In this document: piece after piece, positions 33,738 through 43,411 of the stretch
Position numbering within the stretch: position 1 is the first letter of the stretch
Layout of the letters: each line of letters starts with the position of its first letter
NCBI GenBank assembly: GCA_036679665.1
Contig: JAZHEJ010000041.1
Location: forward strand, 1,860 to 65,859
Direction of reading: 5' to 3'
Origin: Candidatus Tethybacter castellensis
GTDB taxonomy: Bacteria > Pseudomonadota > Gammaproteobacteria > Tethybacterales > Tethybacteraceae
DNA length: 64,000 nucleotides
Program-made: the position numbers and the translations under genes
The notes under the pieces: model-generated
The model's database searches: none
What the model was told of the DNA's origin: nothing
What the model saw: only the letters and a program-made list of their open reading frames with translations

Positions 33738-36373
33738 ATTCCTTCATAAGCGCAATAGTTGCAGGTTGCATCGATAGCGTTAGCCGGTAGCGGCTGTCCT
33801 GTGCCCATATTGGTAAAAAAGATTTTTGCCAAATTATTTCTTACCTCGTCCGGAGCTAATTCTGGGTCGAGACCAATAACTTTAATTTCGTGATTGCCGA
33901 ATTTGCTATTTAGCTGCCAGTAAGAAGAAGCTGAAGGGTCAGCTTCAAACAGATTTACGTATAAAGCCAACTGTGGTTTTTCCGCGCTAGAGATTTTTGC
34001 AGTGACATTGCCGGTTTTAACATCAATGATTGCATAGCGCTTTTTATTATCTTGGTTATGGTTTGAGGCAGGCAAGCTTCCTATGCTATCAACACGGTCA
34101 ATTTTGCCGCGCAGCTCGATGCTTTGTTTGCCATCGCTAAGCTCACCGGTACATGTATGCTCAGCAAATTCAATCGTTGCGTCATACTTTTGCTGTTGGG
34201 CTAGAAATTCAGCGATATATTTGCCAACAAACGGTTGCCAACGCCATTTGAGCAAATGTTGTTTAGACTCAGACAACTTGTTTTCGCGCTTACACTTATC
34301 CAGATGAGCGTTTGTGCAACGGTTCATCAACTCTAGCAATTTTTTTTCCGATAGTTGCTGATTTGGCAACTGCATGATTTCGTGGTGGAACTTATGTAAG
34401 ATTGCATGCACAAAATCACCGAATTCAGCAGGATCAAATATGCGCGCGTTGCGTGGAGCGGCAATTTTTAGCACGTAGGATGTGTAAAACTTATATGGAC
34501 AAGCCATCAGCGTGTCGCAGGACGAAGGAGAGATTTTTTCCGGTAAAGCTTTAAGGGTTACTTCGTGTCTGCGACGAGGCCCGCTATAAGCTGATTGTTT
34601 TTCCCAACTAGCTTGTAGCCTGGGAAGTCGGCGCTGGCGGTTGTGGGGCGGAGCGATCAAATCCAGATACGGAGAAATTCCGGCGTTGCCCCGCCAGATC
34701 GCGGCACTTTCTTCATGGTTGGCCAGCTGCAACGCGGTGGCGGTACACTGACGACGCATACGGACCGCTTGGTCAGGCAAGCCGATCGCGCGGCGAACCT
34801 GCTCACTCAAAAGCTGATTAGTCGATAGTGCCGGTAGGGTATCGGAGTTGGCGCCAAGCAGTAGCAGGGCGTCGTATTTTTCCGTAGACAGCGTGTCCGG
34901 CGACATTAGTTGGATCTCGCCATCAACATCAGAAATCACTAACTGAGTGTCGGTAAGAATTTTGCGTAGCAAAGCGACCATTTCACCTGCGCCAATTTTT
35001 TGATCAGGGCCTTGGATGCGTTTATTTTCAATCTCGCAACAAAGTAGATTTAGCAATACCCTAAGAGAATCGGCGGAGATGTCATCGGTAAACAAGTCGC
35101 ATAAAGGCTGTCGGTATGTACATTGGGCAAGATCATTGAACCATTGGGCTAAAGTACGGCTGTTTAGTTTTGCGAACAGCGGGTAAATGTCCTGTTCAAT
35201 GTTTGCTAAAGGTGTGGCCGGATCGCAGAATCTGCCGACTTTGGTAGGCCAATTTGAATTATCGGTATCGGATAAATGCCTACTTATGGGCTGGAGCAGG
35301 CGAGTGCGCAGCATCTGCGCATGTTCCAAAGCGCCTAGCGTGTTGCGCAATGAACGAGATGCGGTGGTACGGTCAGGCAAGGATGCGCAGGCAAGCAAAA
35401 TGTCCCCGATGAGCAGGTTACTTGCCAGCCATCCGGTACGGTCGGTCAGGTGCACGTCGTGTTGCAGACACATTGAGTGCAAACGGCGTACCAACAATCG
35501 ATCGTAAGTGATAATTCCGATTTTGCGCTTGCCTTCGGCCAACCAGCGCTGAAGTAAAGCGAAGGAATATTCAGCGGCCGTTTCCAAGCTGAGTGGTTCA
35601 TCGCTGTTAGGGCAAAGTTGTGGAGTGGGACCCGTGTAGCGCTGCGCGCTGTCGTTCGTGTTGTTCCAAAGCTCAAATAAAGTTGCGGCGTTGCCGTTTA
35701 GTTGCGCCGTAACTTGAAGCGCCGGGTCGTCGGATGTCGCGGTGGCATCAAGCATGCGCTGAATGTGCGGCAAAGGACGCTCCCAGCTAAGCAACGCTAG
35801 CGGCCCATCCAAATTTTGAGCAAATTTTTCCAAACGCTGATTGCGAGCGCTTACGTTATCCTTACAGTACTTGTCCCACAATGCTAACAACAAATTTAGC
35901 TCTTCTTCGTACAGGCTGTGCTGCTTTATGGCTGCGGGAACCTCAGCAATCCCCTCATCCAAATGGGTGGACATTTCCTGTAAGGAAGAGCTGAACATTC
36001 CGGCCAGATTCAAAGGGTTGCGAAATGAAGAATTGCGCAATAAATCCAGATAGATATTGATGTGCAAAGTTGCGCGACTGACAGAAGCACGCAATGACGC
36101 GTGTTTATCCAAATCAGCAAGCAAGGGCAATGTATTATCGGCAGCGGTCGGGTAGGAGTGGAGCAAAGACCTGCTGCTGAGCGTTCTTAAACCCAAGCTA
36201 TTACCAAGTTCAGCGACACGTCGGATAATTTGCTGGCGTTCATAATGGCTGTCCGCAATTAGCAGCGAGCTTTTACCGTGATTGTTATTTGCCAAATGAC
36301 GGGCGATTAGCTCAATGGCCCGTTCCGAATCACAGGTAAGCGCTTTTACATTTGGCAATGGATTATTCCTCAA
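33701..36373 (-). CDS. AddB-like PD-(D/E)XK nuclease family protein (inactivated-helicase-type, no Walker A), with a C-terminal Fe-S cluster
   Basis: It has a C-terminal nuclease motif (GKIDRVD...YAIIDVKTG) and Cys residues [12 protein letters not shown]. It has no GKT/S P-loop. No partner AddA/UvrD-like gene is visible. Confidence 0.65.
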   Translation of the reverse strand: MRNNPLPNVKALTCDSERAIELIARHLANNNHGKSSLLIADSHYERQQIIRRVAELGNSLGLRTLSSRSLLHSYPTAADNTLPLLADLDKHASLRASVSRATLHINIYLDLLRNSSFRNPLNLAGMFSSSLQEMSTHLDEGIAEVPAAIKQHSLYEEELNLLLALWDKYCKDNVSARNQRLEKFAQNLDGPLALLSWERPLPHIQRMLDATATSDDPALQVTAQLNGNAATLFELWNNTNDSAQRYTGPTPQLCPNSDEPLSLETAAEYSFALLQRWLAEGKRKIGIITYDRLLVRRLHSMCLQHDVHLTDRTGWLASNLLIGDILLACASLPDRTTASRSLRNTLGALEHAQMLRTRLLQPISRHLSDTDNSNWPTKVGRFCDPATPLANIEQDIYPLFAKLNSRTLAQWFNDLAQCTYRQPLCDLFTDDISADSLRVLLNLLCCEIENKRIQGPDQKIGAGEMVALLRKILTDTQLVISDVDGEIQLMSPDTLSTEKYDALLLLGANSDTLPALSTNQLLSEQVRRAIGLPDQAVRMRRQCTATALQLANHEESAAIWRGNAGISPYLDLIAPPHNRQRRLPRLQASWEKQSAYSGPRRRHEVTLKALPEKISPSSCDTLMACPYKFYTSYVLKIAAPRNARIFDPAEFGDFVHAILHKFHHEIMQLPNQQLSEKKLLELMNRCTNAHLDKCKRENKLSESKQHLLKWRWQPFVGKYIAEFLAQQQKYDATIEFAEHTCTGELSDGKQSIELRGKIDRVDSIGSLPASNHNQDNKKRYAIIDVKTGNVTAKISSAEKPQLALYVNLFEADPSASSYWQLNSKFGNHEIKVIGLDPELAPDEVRNNLAKIFFTNMGTGQPLPANAIDATCNYCAYEGMCRRSHLPRQTS

Positions 36374-36686
36374 TCAGCTTGGACTTGTCAGGCTTGTTGG
36401 CCCAAGCATCGGCGTCACTTGGCGGATCTTTGCGAGCCAAAATTACCGGCCACACTTTGGCCAGTTTTTCGTTGATAGCAAAATATTGGTGTTGATCGCC
36501 AGGCACATCGTCGTCGTAAAAAATCGCCTCCACCGGGCACTCAGGGACACAAAGCGCACAATCTATACATTCTTCCGGGTTGATTACCAGCATGTTGGGG
36601 CCTTCGTGAAAGCAATCCACCGGGCATACTTCAACACAGTCGGTGTATTTACATTTGACACATTGTTCGGTTACCACGTAAGTCAT
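36363..36686 (-). CDS. fdxA: 7Fe ferredoxin (FdxA-type)
   Basis: It has the motif [18 protein letters not shown]...[12 protein letters not shown]. Confidence 0.9.
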   Translation of the reverse strand: MTYVVTEQCVKCKYTDCVEVCPVDCFHEGPNMLVINPEECIDCALCVPECPVEAIFYDDDVPGDQHQYFAINEKLAKVWPVILARKDPPSDADAWANKPDKSKLIEE

Positions 36687-36713
36687 AAATAGCCCTCTAT
36701 GGGATTCTAGTTG

Positions 36714-37445
36714 TTAGCCACCTAGGCGTTTGGTTTCAGCCGTAATCCAGTTTGCGGCCTGCTCGTTAATATCGCGGGCGCGACGCGAGTTGGTGGCGAT
36801 ACATTCTCCGATTGAAACCGTGATAAGTCCGGGGCGTTTGGCAAAGCCTAAAAGTCTGCTAGGCCAACAGGTACCGCTATTGTGCGCAACCGGCACCAAA
36901 GAGGTCTGGGTCGCGTGTGCCAAGGCTGCGGCGCTAGGCTGAAATGAACGAGTGGCGCCCACCGGTACGCGTGTCCCTTCAGGAAAAATGATTACGCAGA
37001 TTCCTTCTTTGATGCGTTGCGCTCCGATCCGCAACACTGCGCGCAACGCGGATGTTTTAGCGCTACGGTTAATTAAAATAGGGCGTTTGCCGATTATCAG
37101 TCCCCAGCCGAAAAACGGTATTAAAATCAGACTGCGTTTACTTACAAAGCACTGACGTGGAAAAATGGAATGAAAAGCGATTGTTTCCCATACGGACTGA
37201 TGCTTGGAACAAATCACATAAGGAGGATCAGGTAAATTGTTTGCTCCGATAACGCGATAACGAATTCCACAGATATAAACCAGTGCCCAGGTTAGACAGC
37301 GATTCCACATACCGATTGTGTAATAGCAAATTCGTGCCGGCAGCCACCAGATAAGCAGGGCTACCAAGGAAAACGGTGGAGTGATAATGCAAATGAAAAC
37401 TAAAAAAACGACTGAGCGTGCCAGATTTACCGGCCACGACTCCAT
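36714..37445 (-). CDS. plsC: 1-acyl-sn-glycerol-3-phosphate acyltransferase
   Basis: It has the acyltransferase motifs HQSxxE-like (KHQSVWE) and FPEGTR. Confidence 0.8.
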   Translation of the reverse strand: MESWPVNLARSVVFLVFICIITPPFSLVALLIWWLPARICYYTIGMWNRCLTWALVYICGIRYRVIGANNLPDPPYVICSKHQSVWETIAFHSIFPRQCFVSKRSLILIPFFGWGLIIGKRPILINRSAKTSALRAVLRIGAQRIKEGICVIIFPEGTRVPVGATRSFQPSAAALAHATQTSLVPVAHNSGTCWPSRLLGFAKRPGLITVSIGECIATNSRRARDINEQAANWITAETKRLGG

Positions 37446-37464
37446 GTTAATTCTAGGCAGGAGG

Positions 37465-38307
37465 CTAGCTAATTAATTCTTTGGCATTGGCAAAAGACAT
37501 AGTATGCCAATCCGTTCGTTCGCCACGTATTTTGCGCTGGGAGGATTCCCAATCGCGTTTGTCAAATACCATGCCGACAGCTTCCTTCTGCACATTATTA
37601 AGTGCCGCATTCGGATCCGGTTTGTAAATCTGAACAATACCGGATCTTTCAGCGTCAAAAGCTTTGTCTTGAAATGTCGAAAACTGGTTATCGGACAAGT
37701 GTGGATCACGCATTTTGACCTTGAATCGCGCAATTTCTAAAATTTGCTTTCCCAGTGTTTCGATAGTTGAGGCGTGAGAGTGATCAATTCGCCCGGTCAG
37801 ACCGGCCAGCTCCGGATAAAAATCATCAAGAAGTTGCTGTAACACGTCAATCGTTATGCCTTTTTGTTCCACGGCGACCAGCTGTTGCATCACGCGCTCC
37901 CATTTTTGTTGACTTTCGTGTGTTTCAGATTTATCTTCAGGAACCGAAGGCAACGGTGGAGATTCGTCGAACTGCTTTTGAGGTTGCGCCGATGAGCTAG
38001 CCTTGGAAGCTTCTCTTTGTGCTGCAGCCTGTCGGTCTGCGGCTCGTTGTACCTGTCCTGGATCCGGAGGTAGTTTTTTGACAGCGCCCGGACGCTTGGC
38101 GATCTTGCCAAAGGGCATGATCATGAGAGATATCAAAAATATTATTACTGCGCAACCGGCGACGATGTAACCAATTTCAACATGCCCCACGTAAGGCAGA
38201 TTGAGCCTTAATGGTTGAGTTGCCTGCACCAAAAGGTAAGCAATACCCGCTGTCGCCAAGGACGCGATCAGAAAAATAATGAAGAATATATATCGAATAA
38301 TGCGCAT
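37465..38307 (-). CDS. hypothetical inner-membrane protein (2 N-terminal TM helices, cytoplasmic Q/A-rich region)
   Basis: The evidence is the ORF plus hydrophobic N-terminal helices. No recognisable family was found. It is divergent from the tra operon. Confidence 0.45.
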   Translation of the reverse strand: MRIIRYIFFIIFLIASLATAGIAYLLVQATQPLRLNLPYVGHVEIGYIVAGCAVIIFLISLMIMPFGKIAKRPGAVKKLPPDPGQVQRAADRQAAAQREASKASSSAQPQKQFDESPPLPSVPEDKSETHESQQKWERVMQQLVAVEQKGITIDVLQQLLDDFYPELAGLTGRIDHSHASTIETLGKQILEIARFKVKMRDPHLSDNQFSTFQDKAFDAERSGIVQIYKPDPNAALNNVQKEAVGMVFDKRDWESSQRKIRGERTDWHTMSFANAKELIS

Positions 38308-38365
38308 ATTTTTCGCCCAACCCTAAATTTTACTATTTTTTACGTCGTTTTAAGTCAATAAAACC

Positions 38366-38492
38366 CGACGCAGCAGTGAATCATTTTTCGCCCAAAACAC
38401 GCTTTTGTAAAAAACGCAATCGTTGATTTTACGGAATAATTTATTTTGTGCACTGCAATATTTACCTAAAAAATCATTCACTGCTGCGTCGG
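38366..38492. repeat. 24-bp inverted repeat (CCGACGCAGCAGTGAATCATTTTT and AAAAATCATTCACTGCTGCGTCGG, 1 mismatch) separated by about 78 bp, in the intergenic region upstream of the tra operon
   Basis: It was read directly in the sequence. It lies in the divergent promoter region between the 37465-38307 gene and the traA gene. Confidence 0.6.
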
Positions 38493-38563
38493 ACTTAATT
38501 GAATTTTTTGGCAAACTGACATGATTTAATCAAACTCTACCAATTTAGCAACGGAGCAACGTT

Positions 38564-39565
38564 ATGTATTTAATCTACGTATCAGCAAAACAAGAAGACC
38601 AAAAATCAGATGTGCAACCACAGCAATATACTGATCATGATCTGCAGCCAATCATGTTGGCCCTGACTAGAAATCAGTCAAATTACTTTCTTAGGGAAGC
38701 GGACACCAAAAGCATTGACAATCCTAAACCTGAAAAATTTGCCGATATTGAAAGGCTGTTTGTCAGGTTGCGAAAATGTGATGACGACACCCCCAAGGAC
38801 AGTGCCAAGCCTGATGATGAAGTCGAGGCGGATTCATCTAATGAAGAAGCACAACTAGCGGTCGCTTTGGCCACGGTTTATTTTGGCAAAGGCGGCACTG
38901 AGCCATTGCAGGAGGATTTTGCTTCTTATGTTCGTTCGCGTAGCAGACTGGCTGACAAATTAATTGTGGCCGGCTACACCGACGACGATTGTTCAATGAC
39001 AAAAAGCGAATTTTTGGCGCTATCGCGGGCAATGAGTGTCCGCGATTTGTTTCTTCAAGAGGGAATTGAAATACCGGTCGTAGCTATCGCGCGTCCTAAA
39101 TGTTGTTTTGCCGGCAAACCTAAATGGTCGCGCCGCGTGGAAGTTACCGCCTTGTTTACCAAAGCAGGTGACGACGAAGACGGGGACGATGATTTAGATG
39201 AGACAGGTGACGGTCCGTCGTTGATAAACAATGATGAAAAGGTCAAAAAAAATACTCCGGCCCTAGTAAATCGTTCTCGCGTGCTAGTCCATGCGATGCT
39301 ACTACTGGTGGCGTTGTCAATCCTGCCAATGGCAGCTATGGCAGGAGGAGGTTCTAGCACCGAATTTGATACGGTGGTAACCAAATTACAACAATGGGCG
39401 ACCGGCGGTTTAGGTCGAGCAATTTCTCTGGCCGCGGTGATTGTCGGCGCGATGATTTCGGTTATTCGTTCCAATCCGATGCCAATTTTGTCCGGTATCG
39501 CTTTTGCCATGATTCTCAATTTCACTCCTGGGATCATCACCGCATTGCTAAGCGCCACCATATGA
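38564..39565 (+). CDS. in-frame fusion ORF of an N-terminal acidic region, an OmpA-like peptidoglycan-binding domain, an acidic linker and an F-type TraA propilin
   Basis: It is a single open frame of 333 codons. The OmpA-like signature is VYFGKGG...LIVAGYTDDDCSMTKSEFLALSRAMSVRDLFLQEGI...RRVEV. The C-terminal 120 aa is propilin-like. Confidence 0.55.
   Translation: MYLIYVSAKQEDQKSDVQPQQYTDHDLQPIMLALTRNQSNYFLREADTKSIDNPKPEKFADIERLFVRLRKCDDDTPKDSAKPDDEVEADSSNEEAQLAVALATVYFGKGGTEPLQEDFASYVRSRSRLADKLIVAGYTDDDCSMTKSEFLALSRAMSVRDLFLQEGIEIPVVAIARPKCCFAGKPKWSRRVEVTALFTKAGDDEDGDDDLDETGDGPSLINNDEKVKKNTPALVNRSRVLVHAMLLLVALSILPMAAMAGGGSSTEFDTVVTKLQQWATGGLGRAISLAAVIVGAMISVIRSNPMPILSGIAFAMILNFTPGIITALLSATI
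39221..39565 (+). CDS. traA: F-type propilin TraA module (possible independent initiation at an in-frame TTG preceded by AGGTGA)
   Basis: The leader KVKKNTPALVNRSRVLVHAMLLLVALSILPMAAMA|GGGSS parallels the F propilin leader ...PVKKKS...PQLAMA|AGSSG. The mature part, about 73 aa, has two hydrophobic helices, as F pilin does. The total is 114 aa, against 121 aa for F propilin. Confidence 0.6.
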   Translation: MINNDEKVKKNTPALVNRSRVLVHAMLLLVALSILPMAAMAGGGSSTEFDTVVTKLQQWATGGLGRAISLAAVIVGAMISVIRSNPMPILSGIAFAMILNFTPGIITALLSATI

Positions 39566-39858
39566 GTGTCAACAAAGCGCAATGGCACGTGCCACGCAGC
39601 CTGGATGAAATGCCCCAGCTTTTGTTTTTGGATTTTTATCAACAGTTGCTATTAATGTTGCCGCTGCTGATCGGACAAGTTGCCGGGTCGTTGTTGGCGG
39701 GGGTGGGAGTCGGCATGGCGCTTACGTATGCTTACGGCCGTATCAAGACCAGTCAACATCCGCGGTTTATTATTCATATGGCCTACTGGTACCTGCCTAG
39801 CAGTTTGATGCATTTGCGGTATTCGCCGCCGGCGCACTTGCGACTGTATGTGGGGTAA
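39562..39858 (+). CDS. traL: T4SS protein TraL (VirB3-like)
   Basis: It is about 98 aa with one TM helix. It lies immediately after traA, with an ATGA overlap, and before traE. The internal Met start was chosen from the 154-aa ORF. Confidence 0.65.
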   Translation: MSVNKAQWHVPRSLDEMPQLLFLDFYQQLLLMLPLLIGQVAGSLLAGVGVGMALTYAYGRIKTSQHPRFIIHMAYWYLPSSLMHLRYSPPAHLRLYVG

Positions 39859-40449
39859 ATGGATAGCGCCAATTACACGGCATCCGTGTCCAGTCTTCGC
39901 CGTCAAGCGCGTTTTGCGTTATTGTTGGTTGCGATGCTAACGGCCTCTTGCTGTATGCTGGCCGGATTGGCGCTCGTACTAAGCACCAGTTCGCAACGCA
40001 CGGTAATTGTGCCGTCAGAAATCAGAAGCGAATTTTGGGTTGAATCCGAGCAGGTTTCGCGAAGCTATTATTTGGAATGGGGCTATTATCTGGCCCAGTT
40101 AATTTTAAATGTAACTCCCGACAGTGCAAATTATCAGCACGAAGTGCTGATTCGCCATGTCGCAGGCCCATACCGCGAACAAATTCGTCAACGGCTGGCG
40201 ATCGCCCAGGAACGAATGAAAGAAGAACAGCTAGGTACGTTTTTCAGCGTAAGCGAGATTTATGTCGAGCCGGAAAAAGGACAAGTCGCGTTTGTCGGAA
40301 CCTTGTCAAGCTATGTTCAAGGGCGACGCATTGAAGAGCGCACCGCGGCGTATATGGCCAGCTTCCAGGTAGCGGGCGGACAGCTACGACTCAAACAGTT
40401 TGTCGAAACCAGTCCCCAAAATGCGTTCGCAATCAAAGAGTCGGTGTGA
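39859..40449 (+). CDS. traE: T4SS protein TraE (VirB8-like)
   Basis: It is 196 aa with an N-terminal TM anchor and lies in the traL-traE-traK-traB order. Confidence 0.7.
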   Translation: MDSANYTASVSSLRRQARFALLLVAMLTASCCMLAGLALVLSTSSQRTVIVPSEIRSEFWVESEQVSRSYYLEWGYYLAQLILNVTPDSANYQHEVLIRHVAGPYREQIRQRLAIAQERMKEEQLGTFFSVSEIYVEPEKGQVAFVGTLSSYVQGRRIEERTAAYMASFQVAGGQLRLKQFVETSPQNAFAIKESV

Positions 40450-41162
40450 TGAGCAAGTGGTTGGCCATTTTATTGACAATTGGCTGGAGTCTTCCGGCAG
40501 TCGCCCAAAACGTCATTGAAGCTCAAGATGGCGCAATCGTTAAAGTCGCTTTGGAGCAACCTAATTTGGTTGAGGCAAAAAATGGCAGGATAACAGCATT
40601 TGTGTTTACCGAAGGCAAATTCACTGAAACCATTGATCCCGAATCCGGAGTACTTTACCTGCGTCCGCTTGAAGCAGGCGCACATTCCGGGTTTATTGAA
40701 GTTCAAGCTGCCGATGGCATAAGCCAAAGATTCAATCTGGTTCTCGTACCAGACGATGCTATCAACGCGCAACGTATCGTACTAAGCTACCCGGATAAAG
40801 CAGCCTTGGCGCTACCCGTGCAGTCGGTACCGCAGGCTTCTGAACATGTTGCGACGATAAAAAAATTGCTCAAAGATATGTTTGGCGGCAAAACCGATTT
40901 ATTGTTGCCGGCAGAAGCGGAAATATTCGTTATCGGTAAATCACTTGAGATGACCAAGCTGGCCAAGTTTGATCGAGGAACAATGACTGCGGAGACGTTC
41001 AGCTTGCGCAACTATGGTAGTAGCGGTGTGGACATCAACGAAGCTTTGTTGCATATCCGCGACGATATCGTGGCTGTGGTTGCGGAGGCGTCAACGCTCG
41101 CACCCGGCGCAAAAAAGACGATTTACTTGGTACGGGCCCGTGGCTCAGCACCTAAAAAATGA
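40446..41162 (+). CDS. traK: T4SS protein TraK (VirB9-like)
   Basis: It has a signal peptide, its 238-aa length fits, and its position fits. Confidence 0.7.
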   Translation: MMSKWLAILLTIGWSLPAVAQNVIEAQDGAIVKVALEQPNLVEAKNGRITAFVFTEGKFTETIDPESGVLYLRPLEAGAHSGFIEVQAADGISQRFNLVLVPDDAINAQRIVLSYPDKAALALPVQSVPQASEHVATIKKLLKDMFGGKTDLLLPAEAEIFVIGKSLEMTKLAKFDRGTMTAETFSLRNYGSSGVDINEALLHIRDDIVAVVAEASTLAPGAKKTIYLVRARGSAPKK

Positions 41163-42391
41163 AAAAAAACAATCCATCCGCAACGCCGGGCGCGAACGCT
41201 AATCAGATCGCGTTGCGGCGTCAGCGCTGGCTGATGGCTGGATTTGGCCTAATCGCAATCTTGATTGCGGGCTTGGTTGTTGGGTTGCAAGGTACCACCA
41301 CCAACCTAGGTGACATTATCGAACCTTCGCAATTGACGATACCAAGCGAAGAGCTTGATCCAGGTCAACTGTGGCGAGCGAGCGCTGAGCAAGATATCAA
41401 GATACTTGAGGAAAGTGAAAAAAGCATGCGCGACGCATTAATTGCGATGGAACAGCGCCTGGCTGAATTTTCATTTGATATCGAAAGAGCACGGATCGCT
41501 GAGCAAGAAGCCGCGTTTGAGCGAGAAATGCTGCTGCTGTCTTCTACGGAATCGCCGTCTACGCAAGCTCCTCCGACTGATCGAAGCGATGCGGTGATTC
41601 CACCTTTATTAAAGAAACCGGAGATACGTTTGGTGCGTGTCAATGATTTGGCCGGTACTCAGCCGGCGGTCACTGAGCTCTCCTCTACGCCAGCTACTCC
41701 GGTTTCGCCTGTCGCTGCAATCACTGAATCGGTAAGCGATTCTTATATGCCGGCGGGAACATTTATGTCAGCGGTGATATTAGGCGGACTTGATGCGCCG
41801 ACCGGCTCGGTAGCTCGAGATAATCCTCATCCGGTGTTACTAAGAGTGGCGGCAAAAGCCCGCTTGCCAAATTTGGTTCGCTTTGATGTTCGCGAATGCC
41901 TGGTCCTAGCGGCGGGTTACGGTGATATTTCCAGCGAGCGAGCATTATTACGCGTTGAAAGGATGAGTTGTCAGCGTCATGACGGCAGTTTTTTTGATGA
42001 ATCGGTACGCGGGTTTATTGTCGGCGACGACGGCCGTGCCGGAGTACGGGGTCGTCTGGTAACCAAACAAGGACAGTTGCTCCAACGATCGTTGATTGCC
42101 GGAATCGGAGCGGGCTTTAGCGAATTATTCAGAACCCAACAGTCTGAGCAACTACGCGCTTTGACCAGAGACAGCGAAGGCGACCCGTCTCCTTCCACCT
42201 TTCCTAGCCTGGGCGACTATGCGACCACCGGTGTCGCATCGGGGGCGAGCTCCGCGTTAAATCGGCTGGCCGATTACTATATCTCGCTCGCTGAACAGGT
42301 TTATCCGGTAATTGAAGTCGGGGCTGGACGCGAAGTGGATATCGTGTTGCAAGAGGGAATTGATTTGGAAAAAAAACCCGCGCCACAATGA
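41159..42391 (+). CDS. traB: T4SS protein TraB (VirB10-like)
   Basis: It has an N-terminal TM helix, a Pro/Ser-rich linker and a C-terminal VirB10-like domain. Confidence 0.75.
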   Translation: MKKNNPSATPGANANQIALRRQRWLMAGFGLIAILIAGLVVGLQGTTTNLGDIIEPSQLTIPSEELDPGQLWRASAEQDIKILEESEKSMRDALIAMEQRLAEFSFDIERARIAEQEAAFEREMLLLSSTESPSTQAPPTDRSDAVIPPLLKKPEIRLVRVNDLAGTQPAVTELSSTPATPVSPVAAITESVSDSYMPAGTFMSAVILGGLDAPTGSVARDNPHPVLLRVAAKARLPNLVRFDVRECLVLAAGYGDISSERALLRVERMSCQRHDGSFFDESVRGFIVGDDGRAGVRGRLVTKQGQLLQRSLIAGIGAGFSELFRTQQSEQLRALTRDSEGDPSPSTFPSLGDYATTGVASGASSALNRLADYYISLAEQVYPVIEVGAGREVDIVLQEGIDLEKKPAPQ

Positions 42392-43053
42392 AAAATCTAG
42401 TTTGGTTACTAATTGCGGGCATGATTTCAGCCGCGCTTGCCAATGCTGATGCCCAAACCGCGTTACAAGCCGCGCGCGAGCGTTATCCAACGACGCAAGT
42501 GCGCGATGCTGTGCCGACAGCCTTGCCGGGCGTCTACGAATTTGACATGGGCGGTGAAACTGTTTATGGCGATATAACCGCGCGTTATTTGCTGTTTGGA
42601 AAACTGTTCGACATGCAATCGCCGACGGTAACCGACGCTTACCGGCTTATCGCGGATGTCGCAATCGAACTTCAGCCGGGGATAGCCGGTGAAGTAATAG
42701 TGTTTTCTGATCCGCTGTGCGCATATTGCGCCACCTTCGAACAGCGCATCAAAGCCGGTGAATTAGACGACTATCGCATCAGCATGGTGCTAGTACCTTT
42801 GCAACCGGGGTCTGAAAAGCTTTCTGCGGGCGTGCTTTGTAAAGCAAATCCAGCTCAGGCATGGCGCGATTTGATGTATCACGGTAACATCCCGGCTTCG
42901 TGTGTCACCGACAAACTTGAGCAACATATTCTGGCCGCTGAACGCGCCGGCATAAACGCCACCCCCAGTTTTTTGGTTCCGAACGGAGAATTAATGGTCG
43001 GCCTCCCGGAATCTGCGCAACTGGCGGTTTGGATCGCGCAAGGCCAGCTGTGA
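42388..43053 (+). CDS. periplasmic thiol:disulfide interchange protein (DsbC/TrbB-like) of the transfer region
   Basis: It has a signal peptide and a CAYC thioredoxin-fold active site. Confidence 0.7.
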   Translation: MKNLVWLLIAGMISAALANADAQTALQAARERYPTTQVRDAVPTALPGVYEFDMGGETVYGDITARYLLFGKLFDMQSPTVTDAYRLIADVAIELQPGIAGEVIVFSDPLCAYCATFEQRIKAGELDDYRISMVLVPLQPGSEKLSAGVLCKANPAQAWRDLMYHGNIPASCVTDKLEQHILAAERAGINATPSFLVPNGELMVGLPESAQLAVWIAQGQL

Positions 43054-43406
43054 AGTTGAGAAACATACTTGCGTTGCTTGCGGGTATCGTGCTTGCCGGC
43101 TGCGGCACTGATCAAGGCGGTACGTTGTCGTGTCCGAACCCGAGACTAACCGGTTGCGACTCGCTGAGCGAAGTTTATGAGCGTACCGTCGGTAATTACA
43201 CGGACCATCAACCGGCGCAAATTCGCAAACTGCGTAATATTGAAGTTGCAAATCCGCCGAATCTGGATCCGCCCCGCGTGATCAAAGTATGGATTGCGCC
43301 GTGGGAGGATGAAGATGGCGACCTGCACGACTATCAATATTTGTATCTGATAATTGAGCAGCCGTCATGGAATCTCGATCATTGGCAGGCAAACAAGGCT
43401 AACTAA
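43029..43406 (+). CDS. traV: T4SS lipoprotein TraV
   Basis: It has a lipobox (LAGCGTD) and is small. It lies between dsbC and traC, as in SXT-like and F-like clusters. Confidence 0.6.
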   Translation: MDRARPAVKLRNILALLAGIVLAGCGTDQGGTLSCPNPRLTGCDSLSEVYERTVGNYTDHQPAQIRKLRNIEVANPPNLDPPRVIKVWIAPWEDEDGDLHDYQYLYLIIEQPSWNLDHWQANKAN

Positions 43407-43411
43407 CACTG

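Noticed and set aside
38564-39220. The alternative reading in which the OmpA-like region is a separate upstream gene
   Set aside because: There is no stop codon between it and the propilin module in this sequence, so it cannot be called a separate CDS without evidence of a sequence error. It is kept as a fusion with an internal-start alternative.
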